The notes: a model not told the origin generated them from the letters alone. A DNA stretch of 47,886 bases from Octopus bimaculoides (GCF_001194135.2 NC_068999.1:22533249-22581134), one strand, 5' to 3'. Counted from the stretch's first letter, positions 23,294-35,759 are shown. Program-made: numbers and translations.

Positions 23294-23506
23294 CAGTAGT
23301 TCTAAACCATTTTTTATTGTCATTTGAAGTTTAAAAAATCCTATTGTATTTTTATTATTAAATATCATTAGGAATTGTATTTCAAAAATTGTTAAAATAC
23401 TTGATGTTTTGCAGTTGAAATATAAACAATTTATTGATCATAAATTTTAACAAAAAACCTTATAGGGACCCGCAAGGGACATATGGACCTCAATTGAGAG
23501 TCACAG
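23294..23506. mobile_element. hAT-type MITE (degraded)
   Basis: cagtagttctaaacc ... aattgagagtcacag ends. 8-bp flanks ttttaaat vs ttctaaat (7/8). Confidence 0.6.
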
Positions 23507-24540
23507 TTCTAAATAGTTTGGGGGATCAATAGTTATGCACCAACCATTGACCATTGGTTCCAATTTCTTTTTAAAAGCAGTTTGATTTAAACTTACTTAT
23601 TTTGGGATTGATGCAATATGTACCACTGATAATCTGGGAAACTTGTTAAATTGTATGTACTTTTTGAATTTCTTATACTTGTTAAATAAGTGTATACTTA
23701 GAAATACAAATGAAAAAAAAGACCAAAAAGAACAATTGATATAAACTGTGCTCCTTTATCATAAATGAATGCATGCATATGTGTGCCAAATGTAGGTAGT
23801 AAGAAAGGGGATGAATTAGAGGCATGATGGATAATTGAGAAACAAAGAAGCACATGGCAGTAAAAAAAACAACAAAATACATAAAAAAACAAAACAAAAC
23901 AGGTGAAGGAAATGCAGAGATGCTGTCATGATTGGTGCTTGCCATATGATTTTTATGTACTATAAGATGTGTAGACTTTTTATTTTCTATCTTCTGAGAG
24001 TGAGTATTCAGTGATGGTGCATGATCGATTACAAAATACAGCCTAATGGATTGGCCAGAACTCTATAGTAGCATTTCTTTTCTTCATTGTGCTGCTATAT
24101 TATTTACTTGGTATTTATGTTTTAGAGTTGTGGTAAGTTCCTAGAAAACCATATTTGTGATGTGGATTTTTATTCCTGGTTTAGACATTTCACATTAATT
24201 TAGTCTTTGTACTATTCTTTCTGGCTGAGATGGTTAATATACCTTACCTACAATATTTTGTGTACATTCCTGAAAATATGGTAAAAGTCAAACCAATGCA
24301 ACATTATTTTCCTCCTAAACTTGTTTTTTGCAACTTGTCTACTTTATTATTTTCTAAATTTTTAATAGTATTTATTGGGTTTGTTCTTTAGTCTTTAATC
24401 ATTACAACTAAGACTATGATGGAGCATTTGCTTGGTTCTTCTTATCTGGCATACTGCGTTTTTAATTTCAGTTTTGATGCTATAAATAAAAATGACAAAA
24501 ATAATAAAAAAACTGATGGGCAGTTTTAACTGGAATATGT

Positions 24541-24575
<35 letters not shown>

Positions 24576-25124
24576 GTGTATGTATGTATGTATGAGAGAG
24601 GAAAACAGAAGAAGCAAGGAGCAAGAGATGTGTGTGAGAGATACATAGAGTATAAAACGAACTGAAATGAAACCACTGATAAAAGATGAGAGCAAGAACT
24701 AACAGATGAGAAAGAGCGAAATAGAGAGAATGAAAATGTCAGAATGTGACATTGTAAAAGAGAGGGAGAGGATCTTGAATGGTATGTGCAAAGGATTGAG
24801 GAGTAAATATGCTGGCATAATTTGTTGTTTGTACTGTTTTTATGTGTCATATAAATAATTTTTTTGATGTTAGATTCTGAACAAGCAATGAATATATTAG
24901 AGAAAAATGCTTAATGTTAATACAAGCCAGTAATAACAACATAACTTTTAGACATTTGCTATGGTAGTTGCTTAATATCTGTAAGTAAGTAATTAATGGT
25001 TTCAATAGCTGTTACCATATTTTATTTTCCTAGAATCAGCTGATGTTTCTCATAAACACTGTTTTGTTTATAGGCAACATACCTCTATTTTTGCCTGTTA
25101 AAATATACTTAAACAGCCACAAAT

Positions 25125-25292
25125 AAACATACACATATACAGATTCCTTTCAATTTCCATCTACCAAATCCACTCACAAGGCTTTGGTTGGCCCAGGGCT
25201 ATAATAGATGACACTTGCCAGAGCTACCATGCTGTGGGACTGAATCTGGAAACGTGGTTGGGAAGCAAACTTCTTACCGCACAGCCATGTCT
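25125..25292 (-). mobile_element. SINE family C head and core, about 100 bp upstream of the TMEM65 exon
   Basis: ttccatctaccaaatccactcacaaggctttggttggcccagggctataatagatgacacttgcc. Confidence 0.8.
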
Positions 25293-25390
25293 GTTCATTT
25301 TCTAACAATTAATGAAACTATTATATTTTGTTGAGCGAATCAGTTTAAAGATGTGTAAAATTTGATATTCTATTCCATTTATATTTTCAG

Positions 25391-25458
25391 TATTTATACA
25401 CAATGCTCTTCCATTTGTTGGCTTTGGATTCTTGGACAATGTTTTAATGATAGTTGCG
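25391..25458 (+). CDS. TMEM65: TMEM65 coding exon (68 nt): (L)FIHNALPFVGFGFLDNVLMIVA
   Basis: atattttcag|...GTTGCG|gtgagt. Matches human VFIHNAIPFIGFGFLDNAIMIVA, including the FLDN motif. Confidence 0.97.
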
Positions 25459-25799
25459 GTGAGTACTATGGATGATGCTTTGAAAGCAGCATTTTGTTAC
25501 CTCTATTCCAGTTTGCTGCAAATATTTTTCTTTCTTTCAATATTGCCTTCAATGATTCTTATACGAAGCAAGCCTTGTAAGAACAAGTTGTTTTACATCA
25601 TAAATCAAAATGTTATGTATAATATCTCAATATTTACACAATGAAATGTGAAGAAATAAAGTAAAAAAAAAATATACTTTCTAGTTTCAGAATCATTTTT
25701 ATTGAATTAGTTGGAATATTGTTGTATTATAAACATACGAATATTTCCAACATTGTTTTCAGTTGACTATTTTATAAGTTCAGTATTATTATTATTATT

Positions 25800-26655
25800 G
25801 TTCAGTAGTTTTATTTTTATAACGTGCTTTCACTTCACTACCGTGCGCAGCTCTGTGTGCCTTGGGTATGTGCTGTGGTTTGCTGTGATGCTCTTATGGT
25901 TACTGTATTGAAAGTGTTTTGCGTAGGATGTGTGCAGTGCCCAGTAGTGCAATTTTCTGTATGTTAATATATTTGTAAGTCCTGGTGTTTTTGTTATGTA
26001 TTTGTCTGAATATTTTTTTATTATACCTAAGGCACCTACTATGATAGGAATTGTTTCTGTTTTTAGATTCCACATTCGAGTTACCTCTATTTCCAGGNNN
26101 NNNNNNNNNNNNNNNNNNNNNNNNNNNNNNNNNNNNNNNNNNNNNNNNNNNNNNNNNNNNNNNNNNNNNNNNNNNNNNNNNNNNNNNNNNNNNNNNNNNN
26201 NNNNNNNNNNNNNNNNNNNNNNNNNNNNNNNNNNNNNNNNNNNNNNNNNNNNNNNNNNNNNNNNNNNNNNNNNNNNNNNNNNNNNNNNNNNNNNNNNNNN
26301 NNNNNNNNGAATATATTCCTTCTTAGCCAGGACTGGGCAGCCAGAGATAATATGATTTATTGTTTCTTGTCCATCTCCACATATTCTACAGTTACTTGTT
26401 ATGTTTCTTTTCATTATATGTTTTTGGTAATTTCTGGTGGGGAGGCTTTGGTCTTGTGCAGCAATTAAAAATCCTTCAGTCTCTGCTTTGAGTCCTGAGC
26501 TTCTCAACAATTGCTGGGATTTTTCTCTGTCTATTTCTTTTGCATTTAGTTTAGCCCAGTATTTACCATGTAGGGGCTTTTTTTGCCATCGTTTTATCAT
26601 GGTCCGTTGCTGTTCTAGTTTTAGTTTGGATTTCATTTGTTTTATAGCTTTTGTT
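25800..26655 (-). mobile_element. 5'-truncated R4/Dong-type (RLE) non-LTR retrotransposon, copy 1
   Basis: WQKKPLHGKY...LKAETEGFLIAAQDQSLPT...CRICGDGQETINHIISGC (CCHC knuckle), gap, then LEIEVTRMW...IPIIVGALG. After a 1-nt frameshift it reads IQKIALLGTAHILRKTLSIQ* (stop 25900-25902). (TAA)n at the 3' side. Confidence 0.9.
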
Positions 26656-26710
26656 GTTTCTTCTTCTTCTTCTTCTTCTTTTCTTCTTCTTCTTCTTCTT
26701 CGTATTTTCG

Positions 26711-26742
<32 letters not shown>

Positions 26743-26821
26743 CATTATTATTATCATTATTATCATTATTATTATCATTATTATTATTATTGTCATCATC
26801 ATTTTTATTATTATCATTATT
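26656..26821. repeat. Compound (TCT)n + (TTA/TCA)n microsatellite between the Dong-type copies
   Basis: Direct reading. Confidence 0.95.
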
Positions 26822-28120
26822 TTATGTTTGACTTTTGTCTTGCATTTGTACAAGTTGGATCCAAGTCTCACCCAGAGACCTCAAGAGACAACAAGTTAGA
26901 AGTTCATGTAGGTGTTATGCCTAGGGTACCATATATTTGGATTTGTACAGTTTTGTTCTAGTGAATGTTTAAGAAACCATAAGAAAATTATGTGTTTGCT
27001 TTAAAATTGAAGACATTGTGTCTACGGGGAGGTTTTTTTACTGTCAAGTCACAACCATGACCTCAGACAGACAATACTTTACGCAATATGTGTGCAGTTC
27101 CAAGTAAAGCTGACTGTGGGGCATTTCTAAAGATGTTTCTTCAGGCTGGGTGGTATTGAACCCAATGCTCCAATGACAATGGGGACAACCTTTATGTTTG
27201 ACACTTGGAGCTGTCACATCTTGACAATTCCAATTTTCAGGTCTCCATATTTTTCAATCTTTTTTCTTTCTTTCATGATATGTTGATCTCCTGGTACTAC
27301 TATGTTGATTATTAGGTACTCTTCTTTGTCCCTCCTAATGGTTACTATATCTAGCCTTTGGTGCTCTAACATCTTGTCTGTCTGGAAGTCAGTCCCAGAG
27401 GATCTTTGCCTTCTCCTTTTTGTCCATTACCTTTTCCAGTGTATGTTGGTACAAAGTACCCATTACCTCATATCCATACTTCTGGCATAGTAGGCAGTGA
27501 AGGTTTTGGGCTACTTTGTTATGTCTGTGCTTGTACTCTTTCTGCACAAGACTTTCATACACACTAACAATGTGGGTCATGCTTTTGACCCTCTTCCCAC
27601 ACATTCTGCTGAGGTTTGTTGCACTTGTATGGTATATATCCCTTTTCACTGAGTTGGTATTCAATGCCTGATCCTGGGCAGTGATGATTAGGCTTTCAGC
27701 GTTCTGTTTAAGGTCACCCTTGCTGAGCCACCTCCACGATCCTTATGTAATTACATGCAGAGTAGAGTTTCTCCTCACTCGCTAGTTATTCATGATTGGA
27801 ATTCATTAGTGCTTTCAAGTCCATTGCTGGTAAATCCTTCTGCGTTAGCAACATACTGTGGCAGGTCTTGTTTGCTGTTTACCAAATACTCTGCCACGTT
27901 TCTTCTTTCACTGTTGATGCACACGCATACGCTAATCAGGCCACGTCCACCTTTATACCTTTTCATGTAGAGCCTCTGTACGTTTGCCTTAGGGTGGAGG
28001 GCACCATGCATTATCATTGTCTTTTGGGTAGTGTGGTTTAGTTGTTTAATCTCTGCTCAAGTCCATTAACACTTTCCATAAGAGGTTAAGACAAGCAATG
28101 GGTCAGTAATTGCTGGCCTC
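26822..28120 (-). mobile_element. Degraded, internally deleted R4/Dong-type retrotransposon, copy 2 (26822-27010 may be the 3' UTR of a third copy)
   Basis: GNEASNY*PIACLNLLWKVL, then MIMHGALHPKANVQRLYMKRYKGGRGL, YKHRHNKVAQNLH, KAKILWD, VVPIVIGALG, SALLGTAHILRKVLSV* (stop 27063-27065). (TAA)n-type tracts at both ends. Confidence 0.88.
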
Positions 28121-28204
28121 ATTGCCTCTTTGACCAATCTTTATTATTATTATTATTATTCAGCATGGCCGCAGCTCTGAGCTGAAACTTTGAAATGAAA
28201 ATAA

Positions 28205-28420
28205 AAGGTGGTGAGCTGACAGAATTGTTAGAATGCTGAACGAAATACTTAGCAGTTTTCCACCCATTGCTATGTCCTGAGTTCAAATTCCGTTGAGATC
28301 GACTTTACCTTTCATCCTTTTGGGATCAATAAATTAAACACCAGTGAAACACTGGGGTCAATGTAATCGACTAGTCCTCTACCCACAAATTTCAGGCCTT
28401 GTGCCTGTAGTCGAAAGAAT
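28205..28420 (+). mobile_element. SINE family B
   Basis: ggtggtgagctgacagaattgttag...gagttcaaattccgttgagatcgactttacctttcatcc. Confidence 0.85.
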
Positions 28421-29231
28421 ATCATTATTATTATTTTTGGCAATTATTTGATGAAGTTCATTCACCAAATAATTAATCCACATACATTTATATGCAGGTG
28501 AGAAAGAGAAGAACTTAATGAATCTACATTTTGATTATTTCATATTTGCTTATATATATATATATATTTTGGGATCCAAGTTTATTTCTATTATTACCCT
28601 AAATATGTGCAAACTGATATATTTTAATAGGTTCATTAAGTATGTTACCTCTTTTGGCAATGGTTCAGTTTTACTGACTTTATTGAAGATATTCCTGTTT
28701 AAAAAATTACATTTGTGTGGAATTTTATTCCCATATTTGGTGTGATACTAGGTATTAATAGAAACTGTTTTAAGTCCACAGTAAACTTTTCTTTTCTCCA
28801 ACAATGTCTAATACAAGAAAAAATAGTATCTTATATGAAATTAATTATCAGTGTAAAAATTCTGATTATTTTGATTCTAATTTAAACATTTCTGTTTGTC
28901 CTATTGAAATTATATAATTTTTGATGTATATGATGCTAATTTTTTGGAAAACTTTTCCTATTATTGTATATGCAGCATATGAACTAGAAATCAAAGCTTT
29001 TTGTCATTATGAACTTTTGGTTTTATGGTTATATACAGCTGGTTTTGAAATATTTGTCCTTAATAACACACTTGTTATAAAATATTCTGCAAGTTAAATG
29101 AAAGAAATGACAACGCAGTATAACATGAATGTTGTAACATCAGTTTTTAAAATTAGTAAAGGATGTAAACTTTTAACTGACATTCCTATTGAATCAAATA
29201 ATTATTTTCAGTTAATATTAATTGCTGGTAT

Positions 29232-29446
29232 TGAAGGCAGTGAGCTGACAGAATTGTTAGCATGTCAGGCAGAGTGCTTAGTGGTATTTCATCCATCTTT
29301 ACATTCTGAGTTCAAATTCCGCTGATGTCAACTTTCATTCTTTTGAGGTCAATAAAATATGTGCCAGTTGAACACTCGAGTTTGATTTAATCAACTTGGC
29401 CCCTCCCCAAACCTCTTGGCCTTATGCTAGAATTTGAAACCAGTAT
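29232..29446 (+). mobile_element. SINE family B
   Basis: ggcagtgagctgacagaattgttagc...gagttcaaattccgctgatgtcaact. Confidence 0.85.
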
Positions 29447-29796
29447 CAATTGCTTGTGAGGACACTATATTTCTTTATGCAATCATAAAGTATATTAAAG
29501 GCTTATAAGTTAACACTGTCCTCCACCTGTGTTAGCAGTGTGATCAAATCACTTTTCAAAGTTATTTCTATAGATTTTCTATAGAAATTATCACCAGCAC
29601 TGAAAGTTTTGACATTTCTCATATGAATTTGTGTATGTAAACAGGGCGATCAATAGATAAAAAAAATAGGTAGAAATAATTTTTAAAAGTAGTTTAATCC
29701 CACTGCTAACACAGATGGGGCACAGTTATTGACTTACAAGCCTTTAATATACCTGGTGCATATTATGGTTTCATAACAAAACAAGGTGTCCCTACT

Positions 29797-31112
29797 AGGT
29801 GTGGAAGCAAGGTCTAGAACTGAAGGTCCTTAGAGTTAACCTAGCAAAAACCAAAGTCTTAGTAAGTAGGAAGGAAGACAAATCACAAATACCTTCAGGT
29901 AGATGGCTCTGATCAATCAGTAGAAAAGGCATAGTTAGAAGCTCCATAAGATGTACCCGGTGTAAGCTATGAACACATAAGAGGTGCAGCAATATCAAAG
30001 GAAGGTTAACTGAAAGATAAGTTTTTGTGTGTGGCAATGCACAGGTGTAATAAACACCAAAGATGTACAGAAAGCATATTCCATCACATGCCAGGGGGAA
30101 AAACTAAAAGTAGTTGATAGCTTCCATTACCTAGGTGACCAAGTCAGTAGCATGGGAGGGTGCGCTGAAAGTGTAGCTGCTAGAATAAGAATAACCTGGG
30201 CAAAGTTCAGAGAGCTCCTACCTCTGCTGATAATAAAGGGCCTCTCATTCAGTGAAAGGTAGACTGTATGATGCCGGTGTGTGAACAGTCATGCTACATG
30301 GCAGTGAAACATGGGTTGTGACTGCTGAGGACATGCTTAGGCTTGAAAGAAATGAAGCTAGTATGCTCCGCTGGATGTGTAATGTCAGTGTGCATACACG
30401 ACAGAATGTAAGTGGCCTAAGAAGCATCAGATGTGGTGTGCAAGAGAGACAACTGTGTTGGTATGGTAATGTGTTTTGTATGGATGAGGACAGTGGAGGG
30501 AACCGAAGGTGGAGGTAGACCCAGGAAGACATGGGATGACATGGGATGACATGGGAAGACCCAGGAAGACATGGGTGAAGCATGACCTTCGAATGTTGGA
30601 CCTCACAGAGGCAATGACAAGTGACTGAGATATGTTGTGCTTGAGAACACCTGGCAAGCCAAGTGAGATCGTAGTCATGGCTGATGCCAGTGTTGCATAA
30701 CTGGCCCATTTAAAAACACCCTTCAATTGTCGGGCTTGTGAAGACCTGTTGAACTGTGGGAAATCGTAATTGTGGTTGATGCCAGTGCTGCCTCACTGGC
30801 ATCTGTGCCAGTGGCACGTAAAATGCACCATTTGAGTGTGTCTGATACCAGTGCTGTCTGATTGGCACATAGAAAGCACCATTCGAGTGTGACTGATGCT
30901 AGTTCCTCCTAACTGGCACCTGTGCTGGTGGCACGTAAAAAGCACTGGCTACACTCTCAGAGTGTTAGCATTAGGAAGGTCATCCAGCTGTAATAACCTT
31001 ACCGAATCAGATTGGAACCTGGTGTAGCCTCCTGGCTTGTCAGTCCTCAGTCAAACCGTCCAACCCATGCCAGCATGGAAAGCGGACGTTAAACAATAAT
31101 GATGATAATGAT
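29797..31112 (+). mobile_element. 5'-truncated RTE-clade LINE: ORF2 C-terminus (pseudogenised) plus hairpin-array 3' UTR plus (GAT/AAT)n tail
   Basis: WKQGLELKVLRVNLAKTKVLVS, Cys-rich insert, VVDSFHYLGD...RIRITWAKFRELLPLL, MLHGSETW...LERNEASMLRWMC, WYGNV. Multiple stops and frameshifts. Confidence 0.9.
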
Positions 31113-31771
31113 ATCAGTTACCAAGAATGTGTATATTGTATAAAATTGGTCTATCCAATTGTGTTACACCTCTATATTTGGTAGCTATTTAAGCAATCAT
31201 CATGGATGGTTAATGGGGTGGATGTGGTGCAGAAGAAGAAACAAGAACTCTTGAAATATGCATATATGCCCATCACCTATTTTTCTATCTTCATTTGCAT
31301 TTTTTACACAGATGTATTTGTATACGAAACATAACTTTCAGTGCTGCCTGTAATTACTATCGGAAATCTGTAAAAATGACTTTAAAAAGTTTCAGCTAAT
31401 AAATACATCTTAAGTACATTAAAAGTATTTTGTCTACTATAGTGACACCATCATAGGTTATTACATTTTATATATATATTGATCAAAATTCAAAGAATGT
31501 ATTGCAAAAATATAAAGATAGATATATTTTTCATAATTTTTTCTTTTCTTTTTCAATTAACACTAAAAACAAAAATATTATTTTGAAAATTTAATGTATT
31601 TAGATATTAAATATTTTTCTCCAAGGTAAATATTTATAGGAAATATCCTATTAAGATTTATCTTTCTAAAACCACTTCATTTTAATGCTATTCAATCTTT
31701 AATTTGTGTAGTCATACTGGTTGGAAAACTATCTTCATTAACTGTTGTGAGATTGATCTTTTTTTTTTTTT

Positions 31772-32135
31772 TATTACTTGTTTCAGTCATTGAACTACAG
31801 CTATACTGAGGCACCACCTTGAAGGATTTTACTCCAGTGGATTGACCCAGTGCTTATTCTATCAATTTCTTTTATTGAACTGTTAAGTTACAGAGATATA
31901 AACAAACCAAAACCAGTTGTCTCATGTTGTCAAGTGATAGTTGTGGCATGGGACAAGTACAAGCACAATAACACACACACACACACAGGCTTCTACACAG
32001 TTTCTGTCTACCAAATTCCCTCACAAGGCATCAGTTGGCCTGAGGCTATAGCGGAAGGCTCTTGCCCAAGACACTTTGCAGTGGGAATGAACTTGGAACC
32101 ACATGTTTGCAATGTGAGCTTCTTAATCTGCACTG
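31772..32135 (-). mobile_element. Near full-length SINE family C
   Basis: ttacttgtttcagtcattg ... (CA)n ... ggcttctacacagtttctgtctaccaaattccctcacaagg ... gacactttgcagtgggaatgaac. Confidence 0.85.
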
Positions 32136-32190
32136 ATTAGAACATATCATGTAGTCTTATGACTAATGTAAAAAAAAAAANNNNNNNNNN

Positions 32191-32221
<31 letters not shown>

Positions 32222-35158
32222 AAGCTTATTTCTTGAATTGATACCAACTCGAAAAATTAACCACAATATTTAATGTTGCTTTGTCATTTCTGAGACACGG
32301 TATTTGTATTTAGATAGCCATTACATGAAATAGCTAGAAATAATACATATAATCTCTGTTATGCATTTATTATTTAATGCAAATAGTGTATTGATTAAGA
32401 ATTAAGAAAGGTTTAGTATGATGAAGGAAGCATAAATTGGAATTATGTCTGTGACTGAGAACAATTAAAATATTTAGAAGAATGGATTAATGTCCGTTAA
32501 CCTGTTGCAGAGGATAGGCAGTGTTTCTAGAAAATGGTATTCTTATACAAATCTATCATGTTCTAATCTATGCTACTGTCCATGTTAAAAAACAGAAAAG
32601 TAATAATTTTCTATCTCATAAATCCTTTGGCACAAATTTATCACAAAAATATTTTTAAAAAAATACAATTGCAGTGAACAGATTGCGGTTTGAAAGCAAA
32701 GAAAATATTTTGACACCAATTGAATTTAAATGTTGAAGTGAACCTAACGGTTTTTTGAGTATTCTTAAATGGCTTATAAACATCTTCCATGCTACAATTA
32801 TTTTTGTTTCAGTACATGATCTCAGATCAAGTCACTTGCCTTAATAAAAATTAAAAAAATAATTGTTTCAAAATACATCTAGAGTTGATTGTGTTTTTGT
32901 AAAGGAATATATACTTGTGTATATTTACCACTGTGAGCAATTGTATAAATGAATGGATATTCATATTGAGCTACAATTAAAGACTGAAAGACCTAACATG
33001 TCAATCTGGCATACTATATAATAAAATATTAATGATGGCATAATGACATCAGAAGATAGACATTTCACAAGCTAAAATAATTTTTCAAAATCTGTTCTAT
33101 ACAAACTATACTGTACTAATTTTAAAATAGCCTCTACATATCATACTTCATTATAAATACATTGTTGAAAGGTGAGTTACTGCAATATTGGCTAGAGATA
33201 ACATCCCTTATGGACATGCTGTACTTGAAAACACTATATATTGGTGGGAGATAAAAATCATCCTAGCAGTGGCTAGTGAGAACGCCTGATGCATTTTTGC
33301 TTAGTTGCACCTTATTGATGGTGTGTACTCATAGCCAGCAACTTGCCAAGATGAAATTTGTTGCCTCTGATATATAGGAAAACTTGCTTTCAATGGTGTA
33401 TATGATACAGACATGATTATTTTAACTTTTTAAAAAAAGAGTTAAACAAACTGCAAAATAAATTTAAAAAATGCTTTCTTTAATAAATAAAAGTTTATTT
33501 TCAAATAAATGTTCATATATATCTATATATAAACACCAATGTAATATAAGCATTTTCAAATGTGAACTTGTTGATTTTGAATAATTTTCAGGCTCTAAAA
33601 TATAATTTTTCTCAGCGCATTTCATTTGGTTGTCAAGCTGTTAATTCATTTAATCTTTAAATATCTATATACTGTAACTTCCACAAAATCTTACAAATAT
33701 ATAGAAACACACTGGACAGTGGGGTAAATGCAAATACAATATGTTTGCACTGCTTCACTGCACGTGTCTGAATGCTATGTGGAACACAAGCAGGCAGAGA
33801 TATGGTATGTACCCTAAGAAAGTAGATTTGTGAATCAAATTTAGTTGACTGACTACCTGCATATTATAGCACAGAGTTGAGCTGAGGTTATAGAACAGGA
33901 ATAGAAATATATAAGGCATATACAAAAATATGGAAATTTGGAGATATAAATTATTTGATTAAGAAATTTCGTTTTGAATCAGTTTGAAAATATTAGTTTT
34001 TGTAAAAATGTATATAAATCGAATTATCTCTTAGCTTATGTTTACATGTTATATAGATTAAATGCATTCGGAACATTATTCTTTTGTCTTAGTCTGTTTT
34101 CCCAAATCTCATCTTATACTCTCCATGGATTTAATGTCTATTTCTCTATGTACATACATAGACAAAAATTGTGTTCATTCTCTGGCAGAAATTAAGATAT
34201 TTAAAAACATTTTTTTTATTAATGAATTATTTTCTAATGAATTAAGTTGTTACTGAGGATTTAAGTGGATTAATTTTTGAACACTAGATCAGGAGTTCAA
34301 ACAGTGACATTGTATCATACTTTTAGGCAAAATACATTTAATTCAAAACAGGTGGCATCATCACACTTGGGTGATTGATGTGTAGACTTTCCTCCAACTG
34401 TGAGCTATTTGTCTAAGTGATTAAATATTCATTTGATCTATACATTGATGTCCAAAGGTGTTTCATAGATGTTAGTCTCTCTAGGAAACATTATAGTTCA
34501 TTTAGCAATTAATTGACATTTATAACTCCATCATGTACATTTCATTTCATTAATTTCTCTACTGTAATGAATGTATATTTGATCATACTAACTGGCTTTG
34601 TTTGCTACTGTTAAATAATTGTTGTCATATCTTGGTAGTCAAAGGATGGAAAATTATGATAATTGATTAATCTGTTGTGAATTCTAGAAGATTGGGTTTG
34701 CTAAAATATTGCAGTTTTTCTGTCAACTAGTGTTTATTTTTTCACTTCTGCATTGAGTTAAAATGTCACTGTTGTCAACTTGGCCTTTCAACTTTCCAGA
34801 TCAACACAAAGAAATATCAGTGTAGTATTGATGTTAATTCAAATGAATCACCTTCCTTTACAAGATGTGACAAACTTCATATTTAAAGTAATCAACACAT
34901 TTCTAAATATTTAGTGATCACAACTGCAGGGTATATTGCAGCTTGCTGTCAGCAATTAGAAACTTAGGTTTCAGCTTGTAATTTTTTCCAATTTCTTTCA
35001 CTTATATGACTAAAGATTTTGTGAAAGTAATGAACATCACTACTTCACTTCCATTCTACTATAAATCTTAGACTTCATGACTAGTGATAAATATTTTTCT
35101 TGTTATTTCTTTCATTATAAAACAACATTTATAACACATTTTAAAATTCTGTCTTTAG

Positions 35159-35256
35159 GGAGAATATATTGATGCAACTTTTGGTTCCTTACTTGGTATC
35201 TCTACAATGGCTGCTGCAGGTCTTGGGAACATGGTTTCAGATGTTGCAGGAATTGG
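35159..35256 (+). CDS. TMEM65: TMEM65 coding exon (98 nt): GEYIDATFGSLLGISTMAAAGLGNMVSDVAGI(G)
   Basis: gtctttag|GGAGAA...ATTGG|gtaagc. Matches human GISTMAAAALGNLVSDLAGLG. Confidence 0.97.
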
Positions 35257-35685
35257 GTAAGCATATAATTATACATTTAACTGTAAATGAAATTTAAACA
35301 TTGTGTTTTAATGGAAAAGAAGCAGGAGGAGATAATTAAGATATCAATGTGCAACACTAATAGCAGGTACAAGATATCTGTATCCTTAATGAATCTAATT
35401 GTGTTTATTTCCCTAATAGATGAGTTAAAAATTAGAGGTTTGTATTTCCACCATGACAATTCTTAATCAACAACGTACATGCATCTCCTACATTAAGGCT
35501 ACTCCACGGTAGAGAATTTCACAGTTATAGGAATAGTAAAGTGTGACTACCATATTGGGCTACCCTTTGCAATTTCACCCTGTTAGAAACTTGGATAAAT
35601 TTCAACAGCACAAAAAACTACATATTTCTCTCAGCCCGCTGGCCAAGATCAGAATAGTTAACAACTTTGAACACAGTAAATAAGA

Positions 35686-35687
35686 TC

Positions 35688-35759
<72 letters not shown>

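Noticed and set aside
26437-26961. Low-complexity ORFs (poly-Y, poly-I, poly-L)
   Set aside because: Translations of the (TCT)n and (TTA)n microsatellites.
33130-33177. AAG|GTGAGT donor in the 9.7-kb intron as a cryptic exon
   Set aside because: The upstream acceptor lacks a pyrimidine tract. An isolated donor match is expected by chance.
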